Shown: positions 40,578-52,478, counted from the stretch's first letter. The stretch is DNA of 64,000 nt from an uncultured Planctomycetota bacterium (GCA_963849325.1 CAWKHF010000007.1:32001-96000); one strand, 5' to 3'. Notes: generated by a model from the sequence alone, not told the origin. Translations and numbers: made by a program.

Positions 40578-41915
40578 TCAAGAGTAGATCAGGATCACGC
40601 GCACGTCCATGACATTGGTCTGTGTCAGGCCCGTCTTGAGCAGGTCTCCCATCGCGTCAAAGAAGGTATAGGCGTCGTGGCGCTCCAGGCAGTCGGCCGG
40701 GTGCAACCCCTGCCGCGCTGCCCGAAGGAGGGTCGTCTCGTCGGCGATGGCGCCGGCGGCGTCGGTGGGTCCGTCCTCGCCGTCGGTGCCGCCGCTGAGG
40801 ACGACAACGTCTCGCAGTCCGGCCGCGCCGAGGTGGAGTGCGGCGGCGAGCACGAATTCCTGATTGCGACCGCCGCGGCCGTGCGATTGGCTCAGCGTCA
40901 CGGTCGTCTCGCCGCCCGACAGCACGCACACCGGCGGAGGCATCGGCTGGCCATCGACGCGGATACTGCGCACGATGCCGGCCAGCACGATCGCGGCCTG
41001 GCGCGTCTCGCCTTCGAGGAACGAACCGAGGTTGAGCACGGCATAGCCCAGCGCTTCCGCCTGTCGCCGGGCGGCGGCAAGGGCGCGGCTGTTGTTGCCG
41101 AGGATGAGGTTGTGTACAGACGAGGGCAGCGTCTTGGGCGTCTCCGCGATGGCACCGTCCTGGCCGCGTTCGAGATGGGCGAGCACGGCGGGCGGCACGC
41201 GCGGCCGCAGGGCGTAGCGATCGAGGACGGCCAGGGCGTCGGCGAACGTGGTGGGGTCGGCGGCGGTCGGGCCGGAGGCGATGACGTCGAGCGGATCGCC
41301 GATCACGTCGGAGATAATCAGGCTGAACAGGGGGCGTGCGCCGAACGCCTGGGCGAGCCGGCCGCCCTTGAAGGCGGACAGGTGTTTGCGGACGCAGTTC
41401 ATCTCGTTGATGGTGGCGCCGCAGGCGTGCAGCAGCGCGGTGACGTGCTGCTTGTCTGCCAGGGTGATGCCGGCGACGGGTGCCGGCAGCAGGGCCGAGC
41501 CGCCGCCGGAGAGCAGGCACAGACCGACGTCGCATGGCCCGGCACGGCCGACGAGATCGAGCATGGCCTGGACGCCGGCCACGCCCTCGGCGGTCGGTTG
41601 ATTGGTGCCGGCCGGTCGGGCGGCGTGCAGACGGATCGCTTGCAGCGGCCGCACCGTCTCGGCGGGCACGTTGACGACGCCGGCGAGGCGGTCGAGTCGA
41701 TCCGCCAAGGCCGCCTCGACGCCGGCGGCCATCGCCGCGCCGGCCTTGCCTCCTCCGACGACCAGAAGGCGTCCCGGTCCCGCCAGCGCCGCGGCCAGAG
41801 GAGGTGACGGTTGCCTCAAGGCGGTGCGTACCAACTCGAAGGGATTGGCAGCGGCGACAGCTGCCTGCCAGATGGCGCAGGCGTGATCGCGCAGGAGTGT
41901 GGGGGAATCCGTCAT
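40578..41915 (-). CDS. Glycerate 2-kinase (MOFRL/TtuD family)
   Basis: GGGKA, LLSGGGSALL, KHLSAFKGG, SDVIGD, SGGETTV, GGRNQE, GTDGEDG, TNVMD. Confidence 0.95.
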   Translation of the reverse strand: MTDSPTLLRDHACAIWQAAVAAANPFELVRTALRQPSPPLAAALAGPGRLLVVGGGKAGAAMAAGVEAALADRLDRLAGVVNVPAETVRPLQAIRLHAARPAGTNQPTAEGVAGVQAMLDLVGRAGPCDVGLCLLSGGGSALLPAPVAGITLADKQHVTALLHACGATINEMNCVRKHLSAFKGGRLAQAFGARPLFSLIISDVIGDPLDVIASGPTAADPTTFADALAVLDRYALRPRVPPAVLAHLERGQDGAIAETPKTLPSSVHNLILGNNSRALAAARRQAEALGYAVLNLGSFLEGETRQAAIVLAGIVRSIRVDGQPMPPPVCVLSGGETTVTLSQSHGRGGRNQEFVLAAALHLGAAGLRDVVVLSGGTDGEDGPTDAAGAIADETTLLRAARQGLHPADCLERHDAYTFFDAMGDLLKTGLTQTNVMDVRVILIYS

Positions 41916-42092
41916 CGGGACACCTTGCCTCGCCTATTTCGGTTCGTTTTATCCATTTTCACATATTCGCGTCGGCACCCATTTGAGCTTGTTCGCATCT
42001 TATTCATCCGGTTAGAATCCCGCTCCTCGAACGCATCCCCGCGTCGAGTTGGCCGCAAACCCGGTTTCTCGCATGTTAAAAGGAGGTCGCCC

Positions 42093-42842
42093 ATTCGCCA
42101 TTACCTCGTCCTCGCCCTGGTCCTCACCGTCACCCTTGGAACCAGGCAAGCTCGCGCCGATCTGGTCACCTACAACATGACCGGCACCATTGAGGGTTCC
42201 GTCGTCCCCATCTCGCCCACAGGAGGCTACGCTCCTTCGCCGGTTGCCCTAGGCGACCACATGACCTGGACGCTGCAATATGATCCCAACACACCGGCCA
42301 CACTCAACAATGTTCCCTTGAGCAGTTCTTACGCTCCGGCGAGCCCTGTCATTTCCAATCTCGTCGATCAGACCACTGGCTTCCACTTCAGCACACCTTC
42401 CGCCACGAGCCTTCAATCTGGCTTGACCCTGTTCAACGCCCCACAAGGCGGCTTCCTGTCTGCCGGTGACACGCAAATGAGTTCCAATCAAGGTCCCCTC
42501 TACCAGGCCTTGCTCTCGCTGCTGGGACCGAGCAACGGTTTTTCCACCCTGGACCTGTCCCAATTACCTCTGGACCAGGCAGGCATCCAGATGACCGCCC
42601 CATACGGCGCCGCCAGCATCCTCAGCTATTACGGCATTCCAGCCGGCGACGGAGGAGTCCAGTTGAGCTTCACGGTCCAGGTGGCGTCGCTGTCTGCGGT
42701 CTCGACTCCGGAACCGGGGTCGCTCACGCTGTTCGTCCTCGGCGCCGTTGGGCTGGTCGCACGCCGCATCCATTCCCGGCTCCGGCGCGGGGGAGGTTTC
42801 CCGTTTGAGCGGGCGGTCGAACGGAACGCAAATGTACGGTAG
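42093..42842 (+). CDS. PEP-CTERM sorting-domain protein 1 (apparent ATT start)
   Basis: Signal peptide ending QARA-D; C-terminal TPEPGSLTLFVLGAVGLVARR. Confidence 0.85.
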   Translation: MRHYLVLALVLTVTLGTRQARADLVTYNMTGTIEGSVVPISPTGGYAPSPVALGDHMTWTLQYDPNTPATLNNVPLSSSYAPASPVISNLVDQTTGFHFSTPSATSLQSGLTLFNAPQGGFLSAGDTQMSSNQGPLYQALLSLLGPSNGFSTLDLSQLPLDQAGIQMTAPYGAASILSYYGIPAGDGGVQLSFTVQVASLSAVSTPEPGSLTLFVLGAVGLVARRIHSRLRRGGGFPFERAVERNANVR

Positions 42843-42868
42843 TTCGTCCGTTTCCCAGGAGGTCCGTC

Positions 42869-43562
42869 ATTCGTCCGTTCATCGCCATCGCGCTGACCCT
42901 CGCGGTCATGGGCGGAGCCAGGGAAGCTCACGCCGATCTGGTCACCTACAACATGACCGGCACCGTCACCAGTGCCGGTAACTCCGACTTCGGCACCATC
43001 GTGAACGCCGGTGGCAGCTTCGTCCCCGGTAGCGTCAACATTGGCGACCACATCTCCTGGACGCTGCAATATGACCGCTCGTCGCCCTGGGGGAACCTTT
43101 TCTACACGCCGACGGCCGCCGTCCTCTACAACGTCGTCGATCGAACGACCGGCGTGGCCCTGTACTGCGCCGCATCAGTCGAGTGACTTCCAATCCGCGA
43201 ATGTGATCCTGTTGACGGGTCCGCCATCCGGTACGGTGTTCGGTGCCAGCAGCGGCTGGGGATCGGCCAACCCATTACCCGGCTCGCCAATGACCGACAC
43301 TTCCCTGCTTCTGATGAAAAACCCAGACCCTGTGCCGCCGGCGAACCTGATGAACTTCCAGCCGGACAACTTCCCGTTCGACACCGGCACCTTCAGCTAC
43401 TCCTCCGGCGCCCCGGGGTTTGGAGGCACGGAATTCACCGCGCAGGTGGATCGGACGATCCTTCTGGCCTCGACGGCTCCCGAGCCGGGGTCGCTTACGC
43501 TGTTCCTCCTGGGAGCCATCGGGCTGGCCGCGCGCCGCCTTCGCCGCTGCTTCGGGGAGTGA
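42869..43562 (+). CDS. PEP-CTERM sorting-domain protein 2 (apparent ATT start; one indel near 43170)
   Basis: Signal peptide ending EAHA-D; C-terminal APEPGSLTLFLLGAIGLAARRLRR. Confidence 0.85.
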
Positions 43563-43688
43563 GAGACCACTTCGCGGCGCCCCGCCCCTTTGGACCTTCT
43601 CGGCCCCGGCCGCTTGCCTTTGACGGGACTTGATGACACATTAGTCCGTGATCGTTGTTACGGAGTGTGTCTTCAAGGAGCCGTGCCG

Positions 43689-44700
43689 ATGGCCAGCAAA
43701 CCGAAGGTCTTCGTGACGCGCCGCATCCCCGCCGCCGGACTCGATCGCATCCGCCAGCAGTGCGACGCCGAAGTCTGGCCCGAGCAGATGCCGCCGCCCT
43801 ACGACCTGATCCGCCGGAAGCTCGCCGACTGTGACGGCCTGGTGTCGCTCCTCACCGACCGCATCGACGCGGCCCTGCTGGACGCGGCGCCGCGCCTCAA
43901 GGTGGTGAGCAATTACGCCGTCGGTTTCAACAACATCGACGTGGCGGCGGCGACGGCACGCGGCATCGCCGTCGGCAACACGCCCGGCGTGCTGACCGAC
44001 GCCACCGCCGACATGGCCTTCTGTCTGCTGATCGCGGCGGCGCGGCGACTGGTCGACGGTCATCACTACGCCGGCTCCGGCCAGTGGAAGACGTGGGAGC
44101 CGCTCGGCCATCTCGGCCAGGATCTCGATCGGCCGCACGCTCGGCATCATCGGCATGGGGCGCATCGGCTACGCCCTGGCCCGTCGCTGTCATTTCGGCT
44201 GGGACATGCAGATCCTCTATCACGACACCTACCGCAACGAGAAGGCCGAGACGGAGCTGGACGCCCGGCAAGTCGATCTCGACACGCTGCTGGGCCAGGC
44301 GGATTTCGTCTCGGTCCACACCGACCTCAACGACAAGACACGCGGCCTGTTCAACCGGGAGCAGTTTCGCAAGATGAAGCCGACGGCGGTGTTCGTGAAC
44401 ACGGCGCGCGGCCCGATTGTCGTCGAGAAGGACCTGATCGCGGCGCTGAAGACGGGCGTGATCTTCGCGGCCGGTCTGGACGTGACTGACCCGGAGCCGC
44501 CGGAAGTGGAGAATGAATTGCTACGTCTGCCGAACCTGATCGTGGCGCCGCACATCGCCAGCGCCACAGTCGGCACACGCAACGCGATGGCCGAGATTTG
44601 CGCCAACAACCTGCTGGCGGGACTGAGCGGGCAACCGTTGCCGGCGCCGGTGAACCCGGAGGTCGAGGGCAAGCGTCGGACAGGCGAACGGCCGGCATAA
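43689..44700 (+). CDS. D-glycerate dehydrogenase/glyoxylate reductase (D-2-hydroxyacid dehydrogenase); one indel near 44128
   Basis: NYAVGFNNID, NTPGVLTDATAD, GMGRIG, NTARG, GLDVTDPEP, PHIASAT. Confidence 0.92.
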
Positions 44701-44842
44701 ACCGATTCCAGCGTCACGGCGCCAACCGGACGTGCGGATAGGCCCGGATTCGCCGAGCGGGTAGCGGCCTCATTTGCGCCCCTCGGGAAAGGTGTGCCTG
44801 GTGTGCGGTCCACGGTGGGTACAAACAGGATGAATGGCCCCC

Positions 44843-45125
44843 TCACACTGCGCGAGCGGTGCGTTCCACCAGTTTGCCGCGGGCCGTCCGCAGCGCTTCC
44901 AGCCATTGCCGCAGCGCTTCGATCTCGGTCGTCAGCGGCGCCAGTGCCTGTTCGGCGTTCCGTTCCGCCTGATCCAGGTGGGCCTGCAAGCGCTCGAGGC
45001 GCGGCTCGAACGCCGGCGCGAACGCCGGCGGGGCCGGCTCGGACGACGGCTCGACGGCGCTGCGCCAGCCAACGGCTGAGGTTGTCCTCGAAGGCGGCAA
45101 ACATCTCCGGCCAGTCCGTGGACAT
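44843..45125 (-). CDS. Small coiled-coil hypothetical protein; one indel
   Basis: GGAGGA RBS; MSTDWPEMFAAFEDNL joined to RLERLQAHLDQAERNAEQALA in the next frame. Confidence 0.55.
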
Positions 45126-45363
45126 GACGGCTTGTCCTCCAGGGGCGCGGGCGGCATCTTAGCCGTTCGCGGCCTTTGGGACACGGCCAGTTTTTTCGCA
45201 CTCCGGCCGGCGTACACTGGTCTTCCCCTGGAGACGGCGAAAGATTATAGTCCGGGCGCCGCGGCCGAAGCAGGGCCGCACAGCTCCACTCCATCGAATT
45301 CGCTGGTTGTTCCCAGGTCCGTGACGCCGTCAGGCGTTGAGCTAAGCAGAGCGGGAGGAAGCC

Positions 45364-46128
45364 TTGTTCGTCGCTTGTTCCACCTTGTGCTTTGGCCGAT
45401 TGTCGCTGGAGGACGCTCTGCGCGTCATCGGCGAGCTGGAGTTCAGCAAGTTCGAGGCGGCCCTCCACGAGCAGGGCAGCCAGCTGCGTCCCTCCGAGGT
45501 CGCCGCCGACGTCAGTCACGCCGCCGCCCGGCTCCGCCACGGACCCGGCTTGACCCCGGTGGCCTTCTCGGTCGAGATCGAGGCCGGCAGCGACGCGGAC
45601 TACGAGCGTCAGTTCCAGGCCGTTTGCCGGTTGGCGCGGATTTCCGCCGTGCCGCTGCTGACTCTCAAGGCCGCCGCGATCGGCGGCAGCCTCGATACCG
45701 AGGTCGATCGTCTCAAACGGCTGGTCCACCTCGCCGCCGCCGATGGCATTCAGGTGACGGTATCCACCCTCATCGGCACACTGACCGAGGATCCCGATGT
45801 CGCCCTGGCCCTGTGCCAGCGCGTCAAGGGACTGGGCCTGACGCTGGACCCCAGCCACTACATCGCCGGCCCGCACGCGGCCAAGAACCACGACGCGCTG
45901 TACCCGCACGTCAAGCACGTCCACCTGCGCGATACGGGCCGCGGTCCCAATCAGTTTCAGGTCCGCGTCGGCCAGGGCGAGGTCGAATACGGCCGCATCA
46001 TCGCCCAGCTGGCCCGCTACCAGTACGATCGCGTCCTCAGCGTGGACATTCGCGACATTCCCGACGCGCCGTTCGCCATGCAGCCGGAAGTGCGCAAGCT
46101 GAAATATCTGCTCGAAAGCCTGGTGTAA
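45364..46128 (+). CDS. Sugar phosphate isomerase/epimerase-like TIM barrel protein
   Basis: ACSTLCF, LTLDPSHY, HVHLRDT, GQGEVEY. Confidence 0.8.
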   Translation: MFVACSTLCFGRLSLEDALRVIGELEFSKFEAALHEQGSQLRPSEVAADVSHAAARLRHGPGLTPVAFSVEIEAGSDADYERQFQAVCRLARISAVPLLTLKAAAIGGSLDTEVDRLKRLVHLAAADGIQVTVSTLIGTLTEDPDVALALCQRVKGLGLTLDPSHYIAGPHAAKNHDALYPHVKHVHLRDTGRGPNQFQVRVGQGEVEYGRIIAQLARYQYDRVLSVDIRDIPDAPFAMQPEVRKLKYLLESLV

Positions 46129-46136
46129 GAACGGGC

Positions 46137-46211
46137 GGACCCAACCGAGCCGCGACCGTAAGGGAGCGGTTGGCTTCTCCGCTCCCTTACGGTCGCGGCT
46201 CGGTTGGGTCC
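46137..46211. repeat. Palindromic element (CCGAGCCGCGACCGTAAGGGAGCG), family A-related
   Basis: ggacccaaccgagccgcgaccgtaagggagcgg and its reverse complement, between convergent genes. Confidence 0.9.
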
Positions 46212-46218
46212 GGCAGCG

Positions 46219-46848
46219 CTATCCGACGGGGACCAGGCGCCGGTAGGCGCGCATGGCGGCGTTGAGCCAGCGCGGGCTAGGCTTGGTCGCCAGGAACGAC
46301 GTGCCGTTGATCTGTAACGGCAGCTCCTGCTCCGTGAAGAACTCATCCACGGCCCGGCGGACGCCGGGGAAATCGTTGTTCAGATAGTCGTGTCCGCCGA
46401 GGACGCCACGACGTTTGACCTTGGCGAACCAGCACTGCAAGTCGCGGCGAACGGCCTCGTAGCCGTGGTCGGCGTCGAGGAACACGAAGTCGAGCGTGCC
46501 ATCCTCGAACAGGCTCGCCGCCTGCTCCGACGGCATCTTCAGCGGGCACAACACGTCATCGACGCCGGCGCGGCGGACATTGTGGATGAAGTGCCAGAAC
46601 ACGTCCGCCGACTCGGGCATTGGCGTTTGCGGCCGGTAATCGTCGTAAAACCAGCCGTCCCAGCAATCGACCACGTAGACGCGAATCTTTTTGCCGGACT
46701 GCTTGATGCGCGATGCCAAATAGACGGTGGATCGGCCAAGGTAGGCGCCGACCTCGACGAAGACGGCGCCATCGCTGGCTCGGGCAATCATGTCGTCGTA
46801 GATGCCGGGGAAGTCGAACCATCCCGGAATTTGTTCGTGGTAATTCAT
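46219..46848 (-). CDS. Class I SAM methyltransferase (Methyltransf_24 type)
   Basis: VEVGAYLGRST, DFVFLDADHGYE, GGHDY. Confidence 0.9.
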   Translation of the reverse strand: MNYHEQIPGWFDFPGIYDDMIARASDGAVFVEVGAYLGRSTVYLASRIKQSGKKIRVYVVDCWDGWFYDDYRPQTPMPESADVFWHFIHNVRRAGVDDVLCPLKMPSEQAASLFEDGTLDFVFLDADHGYEAVRRDLQCWFAKVKRRGVLGGHDYLNNDFPGVRRAVDEFFTEQELPLQINGTSFLATKPSPRWLNAAMRAYRRLVPVG

Positions 46849-46997
46849 CCCAACTCCCTGCGCCCGAGCGTGGATCGTCGGCTCGGCGGTGAACTAGTGG
46901 ATGGAGCCAGAAGGGAGGATTCGGAACGCGGCGAACGAAACGACGGCGCATCCTGGCCTCACGTATGGGGCACCCTCCATGGTCCCGATGACGCGAA

Positions 46998-47026
46998 ATG
47001 CTATCCCCCTCTCTCTTTTCTGTCAA
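46998..47026 (-). promoter_or_regulatory. Putative sigma70 promoter
   Basis: TTGACA-N17-TAGCAT on the minus strand. Confidence 0.55.
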
Positions 47027-47119
47027 TCCATGCTCTCGCCGACGGTTGGCTGCCTCTTTGTCGAGGGTGGCCCGCTCGGCGAGCATCCGACGGAGGCGCA
47101 GCGCCGCGTCGCCGCGCGG

Positions 47120-47695
47120 CTACCCTTCGCTGGCCCCGCGCATCAGGCCCAACTCGTCCGCGATGGTTTTCATGGCGTCGATCTCAAACTGAATGTGTTC
47201 GCTCAGATCGACGCCGAAGTCGGCGGCACCGCGTTCAATGTCCTCGCGGTTGATACTGCGTGCGAAGCCCTTCGCTTTCATCTTCTTTTGGACGCTCAAC
47301 GCAGTCAGGTCGGTTATGCCGTTGGGCCGCAGCATCGCCGTCGCCGTGATGAGACCGGCCAACTCGTCGCAGGCGTACAGCGCCTTCTCGATGGGCCGAG
47401 TGCGCGGGTAGCGGTCCTGCAAGTAATCGGCATGGGAGAGGATGGCGTAAATCACGTCCTCCGGATAGCCGCGCTGGCGGAGGATCTCGGCGCCCTCGAG
47501 AGGGTGGTCCGGTGGGTTGGGCCAGCGTTCGTAATCGAAATCGTGCAAGAGGCCGACGATGCCCCATTTCTCCTCGTCCTGCGTCTGTTTGCGGGCATAG
47601 GCACGCATGGCCGCCTCGACCGCCAGCATATGACGGATCAGACTCCGATCCTTGACATATTCACTCAAGAGCGCGAAAGCGTCGGCTCGATTCAT
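47120..47695 (-). CDS. HD/HDIG-domain phosphohydrolase
   Basis: RHMLAVEAAM, GLLHDFDYE, HPLEG, ACDELAG, FARSINR. Confidence 0.9.
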   Translation of the reverse strand: MNRADAFALLSEYVKDRSLIRHMLAVEAAMRAYARKQTQDEEKWGIVGLLHDFDYERWPNPPDHPLEGAEILRQRGYPEDVIYAILSHADYLQDRYPRTRPIEKALYACDELAGLITATAMLRPNGITDLTALSVQKKMKAKGFARSINREDIERGAADFGVDLSEHIQFEIDAMKTIADELGLMRGASEG

Positions 47696-47719
47696 GCTTG
47701 ACGTCTCCGGTGCCAAAAT

Positions 47720-47771
47720 AGCCCGGAGCGCAAGCGACGGGTTATTTCACCCGTCGCTTGCGCTCTGGGCT
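47720..47771. repeat. Palindromic element (AGCCCG.AGCGCAAGCGA), family A-related
   Basis: agcccggagcgcaagcgacggg ... cccgtcgcttgcgctctgggct. Confidence 0.85.
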
Positions 47772-47797
47772 CGCGCTTTTGAAGCGGATTACGCTCC

Positions 47798-49100
47798 TCA
47801 CTTCTTCGCCCCCGACTTGCCGAAATGCTTGTCGGCGAAGTCGAGGAACACCTTCCAGTCGCCCTTCGTCATCGAGTGCTTGCCGGGGCGGATGTAATAG
47901 CCGAGCGTGCTGTCGATCAGCTGGCCCGGCTCCGGCATGTGCTTGGCTTCCAACCCGCCGGCGTCGAGCAAGCGATAAACCGGGTCGGCCCCCCGCAGCA
48001 CCTCGAACTGACCCGCCGGGTTGGCCCACTGGTCCTCGACGGCGTTGCTGAACAGCAGCGGCCGCGGCGCCACCAGGGCGGCGAGGCCGTTCTGATCGAA
48101 CGGCAGCCGTTCGGGCTGATCGTTGAACTGCTTGAAGGCGCCGTCGAACCAGTGCGGGAAGCTGGTGTTGATGCGCTTGACGGATTCGGCCTTGGGGTTG
48201 TTGGTGCGGCTGGGGGCCGTGCCGCCGCAGCCGGCCTGGTGCGGGATGGCCAGCGCGATGCGCTCGTCGAACGCCGCGGCTACCAAGGCCGTCTTGCCCA
48301 GGCGCGAATGTCCGACAACGGCGATCCGTTTTTTATCAATGTCCTCTTGCTCGCAGAGATAATCGACGACCCGGTGCGCTCCCCAGGCCCAGGCGGCGAT
48401 CGTGCCCCAGTCGTGAGGCCCGGGCTTTTCTCCCTTCTTGCGCAGGTGGGGTTGAATGCCCTCGCGCACGTCGGTTCGGTCGGGATCGACGTCGCCGTTG
48501 TAGAACGTGGCCACCGCGTAGCCGCGATCGACGGATTGTTCCAGCGCCCGAGACGTCGATCTGCTTGCCACGGCCGGCCTCGGTGGCGCGATGGTCCTTG
48601 ACCCCGCGATAGTTGGCGTACATCCACACCGTCGGCAGGCGCACGCCGGGGTCTTTGACCAGGGCGTGATTGCCGCAGAAGTTGATGCCGACGAAGACCG
48701 GGGCCGGCTTCTTGCGATTATGGGGAACGACCAGCAGGACGTGGATGGGCGGCGTATCGGGTGGGCCGAAGGAGATCCGCACTTCGCGGAGCGTGGCCTT
48801 GCCGTCGAACGCTTTCGCATTCTCGTACTCGACCTGGGAGCGAATCGGCAGCGGCGGCGGCAGATAGCCGTACATGTAATACTGGAACAACTCTTTCAAC
48901 TCGGGGCGTCGCTTATTGGACCACTGCCGCTTGCTCGTGACGCGCTCACCGTTGAACATCACGAGAGGATCGGGCAGGTTCGGCTGCGGCGGCAGCTTGT
49001 CGGCTTCGGGAAAATGCGGCTGCGGCATGGCGATCCTCGGGGTGATGAACGCGGTCAGCAGGGCCAGGAGAGTCGCGGTCGAGAGGGTCGTGCGGCGCAT
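47798..49100 (-). CDS. Secreted CE15-like glucuronoyl/acetylxylan esterase; one indel near 48548
   Basis: Signal peptide; LPDPL, WGTIAAWAWG, GHSRLGK nucleophile motif, LPFDQ, DQWANP. Confidence 0.85.
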
Positions 49101-49270
49101 GGCGGGATCTCCGAGGGCGGATCGAGGTTGGTCGCGGGGCTATTCTACACAAGGTCGCCGCTATTCGCACGGCTGCTGATTGACCCGGCCGTAATAGCTC
49201 CATATGGTGTGACGGAAGAGGCCCACCGCGATCTTCCCCGATGTGTATCCCCCACCGAAGGAGACTCCTC

Positions 49271-50096
49271 ATGCGAATGTGTTTGTACGGGCTGGCCGCT
49301 GCGTTGGTCGCGGCCCTGACCGTGCCGTCCTTCGCCGCGGCGGCGGACAAGGACAGCAAGAAACGCCTGCTGGTCATCACCGAATCGCAGGGCTTCCGTC
49401 ACGGTTGCGTCACGCGCAAAGGCGACGAGCTGTCCCTGGTCGAGAAGACACTGACCGAGCTGGGCGAGAAGAACGGTTTCGACGTGGTGTGCTCGCAGGA
49501 TTCGCGTTCGGTCCTCACGGCCGAGAACCTTAAGAACTTCGATGCCGTGTTCTTCTACACGACCGGCGAGCTGCCCCTGTCGGACACGCAGAAGGCCGAC
49601 TTGCTGCAATTCATCCGCTCGGGCAAGGGCTTCGCCGGCAGCCACAGCGCCACCGACACCTTCTATCGCTGGCCCGACTACGGCAATCTGATCGGCGGTT
49701 ATTTCGACGGCCATCCCTGGCACAAGAAGATCACCGTCCTCGTCGAGGACACCAAGCACCCGGCGACGAAGCACCTGGGCGATTCGTTCGTCATCACCGA
49801 CGAGATTTACCAGTTTCGGGCGCCTTACGATCGCTCGAAGCTGCACGTCCTCATGCGCATGGACATGAAGGACGAAAAGGGCGGCAAGCGCAAGGACAAC
49901 GATAACGCCCTGGCCTGGACGCACCGCTACGGCAATGGCCGGGTGTTTTACACCGCCCTGGGCCATCGGGACGAGGTGTGGAAGGACGAACGCTTCCAGA
50001 AGCACATCGTCGGCGGTCTGCGCGATCGTGTTTGGCCTGGAGAAAGGGGACGATACGCCGAGCGGGACGCCGAAAGAAAGCTCCGCGGGCAAGTGA
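49271..50096 (+). CDS. ThuA-domain secreted protein; indel near the 3' end
   Basis: GFRH, FFYTTGEL, GKGFAGSHSATDT, FDGHPW, DEIYQF, GRVFYTALGH. Confidence 0.85.
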
Positions 50097-50121
50097 CGCG
50101 GAGCGCTCGAACCAAACGCCT

Positions 50122-50192
50122 CCGAGCCGGAAGCGTTAGCGAAGGAACGACAACCTTCGGTTGTCGTTCCTTCGCTAACGCTTCCGGCTCGG
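50122..50192. repeat. Palindromic element, family A
   Basis: ccgagccggaagcgttagcgaaggaacgacaacc ttc ggttgtcgttccttcgctaacgcttccggctcgg (perfect); shares the aaccttcggtt loop with the 7341 copy. Confidence 0.95.
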
Positions 50193-50354
50193 TCAATACG
50201 TGCAAACGTAGACGGCCAAGATCACCAGCGCCGCCAGCAGAATGGACACGAACGCGACGAGCAGCCCGACGTGGGAGATACGCCGCCTCATGCGTTCGAG
50301 GATGGCGTTGGGAGCGTGGTATTGCAGCGAGCGCGATTCTTCCTGAATTGGCAT
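50193..50354 (-). CDS. Small single-TM protein (53 aa)
   Basis: GGAGAGG RBS; MPIQEESRSLQY...ISHVGLLVAFVSILLAALVILAVYVCTY. Confidence 0.45.
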   Translation of the reverse strand: MPIQEESRSLQYHAPNAILERMRRRISHVGLLVAFVSILLAALVILAVYVCTY

Positions 50355-50472
50355 ACGGTCCTCTCCTCCGTTCCGACGCCGTCGCCTGCGTCCTGCGCAG
50401 TTCCGTCGCGCCGACACGGCAGCATATGTCAGAAGGGAGGGACGATGCAAGCGGAATCGATGGCCCGGATGC

Positions 50473-51442
<970 letters not shown>

Positions 51443-51650
51443 GGTCTTGGTCCTTCTCGGAGCGGGTGCGGCCCTGCGCCGTTGGCCATCCTGGCTGGGC
51501 GGGGACGTGGGGCGCCTAGCCTGCTAGAAAGATACCCGGAGTTGGAAGCAGCGACAAGAAATTTCACTCCGGCGGAGCCGACCGGCGCGATAAACTGTGC
51601 GGGTCGAAACGGCGGCTCTCCGCCTGCGGCCTTTTTTCCCCAAACGGAGG

Positions 51651-52427
51651 ATGGTCTTCATGTGTCCCTGGCGATGTGTGGCGATAGTGACGGTCGGCCT
51701 GCTGCTGGCGGGGTTGGGCCGAAGTGCCGAGCCTTACGGCGACATCAGCGACCTGAAATTGAACAAAGCCGAAGACAGGATGGACGTCAAGAGCGTTCCG
51801 CCGCCCAAGGACGCCCTCGTCCTGTTCGACGGCAAGGGGTTCGACAACTGGACGCACACCAACGGCAAAGCCGTCGAATGGAAGCTGCTGGACGGCGGCG
51901 TCATGCAGGTGCAGCCGGGCAAGGGCAACCTCATTACCAAGCAGAAATTCGACGGCTCGTTTCAGTTGCATGTCGAGTTCCGCGTCCCGTACATGCCCAA
52001 GTCCGGCGGCCAGGGTCGCGGCAACAGCGGCGTCTATCTGCAAGGCCGTTACGAAGTGCAGATTCTGGACAGCTATGGTCTGAAAAGCAAGGACAACGAT
52101 TGCGGCGGCATTTACACCGTCGCCGCGCCGGCGACCAACGCCTGCAAGGCGCCGACGGTGTGGCAGAGCTACGACATCGAGTTCACGGCCCCCAAGTGTA
52201 GCGACGGCAAGGTGACGGAGCCGGGACGGATGACGGCCTACCACAACGGCGTCAAGATCCACGACAACGTCAAGCTCGTCAAGGATGGCAAGCCGGTGAT
52301 GAACACGACGGCCGGACTCGGCGGCGACGTGTGCAAACCCGGCCCCATCATGCTGCAGGATCACGGCAACCCAGTGCAGTTCCGCAACGTTTGGCTGGTG
52401 CCGAGGATGGCGAACGGCCGGCGTTAG
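51651..52427 (+). CDS. DUF1080 (3-keto-disaccharide hydrolase) protein
   Basis: LFDGK, LHVEF, GQGRGNSGVY, YEVQILDS, LQDHGNPVQFRNVW. Confidence 0.9.
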   Translation: MVFMCPWRCVAIVTVGLLLAGLGRSAEPYGDISDLKLNKAEDRMDVKSVPPPKDALVLFDGKGFDNWTHTNGKAVEWKLLDGGVMQVQPGKGNLITKQKFDGSFQLHVEFRVPYMPKSGGQGRGNSGVYLQGRYEVQILDSYGLKSKDNDCGGIYTVAAPATNACKAPTVWQSYDIEFTAPKCSDGKVTEPGRMTAYHNGVKIHDNVKLVKDGKPVMNTTAGLGGDVCKPGPIMLQDHGNPVQFRNVWLVPRMANGRR

Positions 52428-52469
52428 CCGGCTGGTACAGGCTTCCACTAGCCGGCTAACGCCGGCCGT
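52414..52469. repeat. Palindromic element (CGGCCGGCGTTAGCCGGCT)
   Basis: acggccggcgttagccggct ... agccggctaacgccggccgt; contains the DUF1080 stop codon. Confidence 0.85.
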
Positions 52470-52478
52470 CCGCCCATA

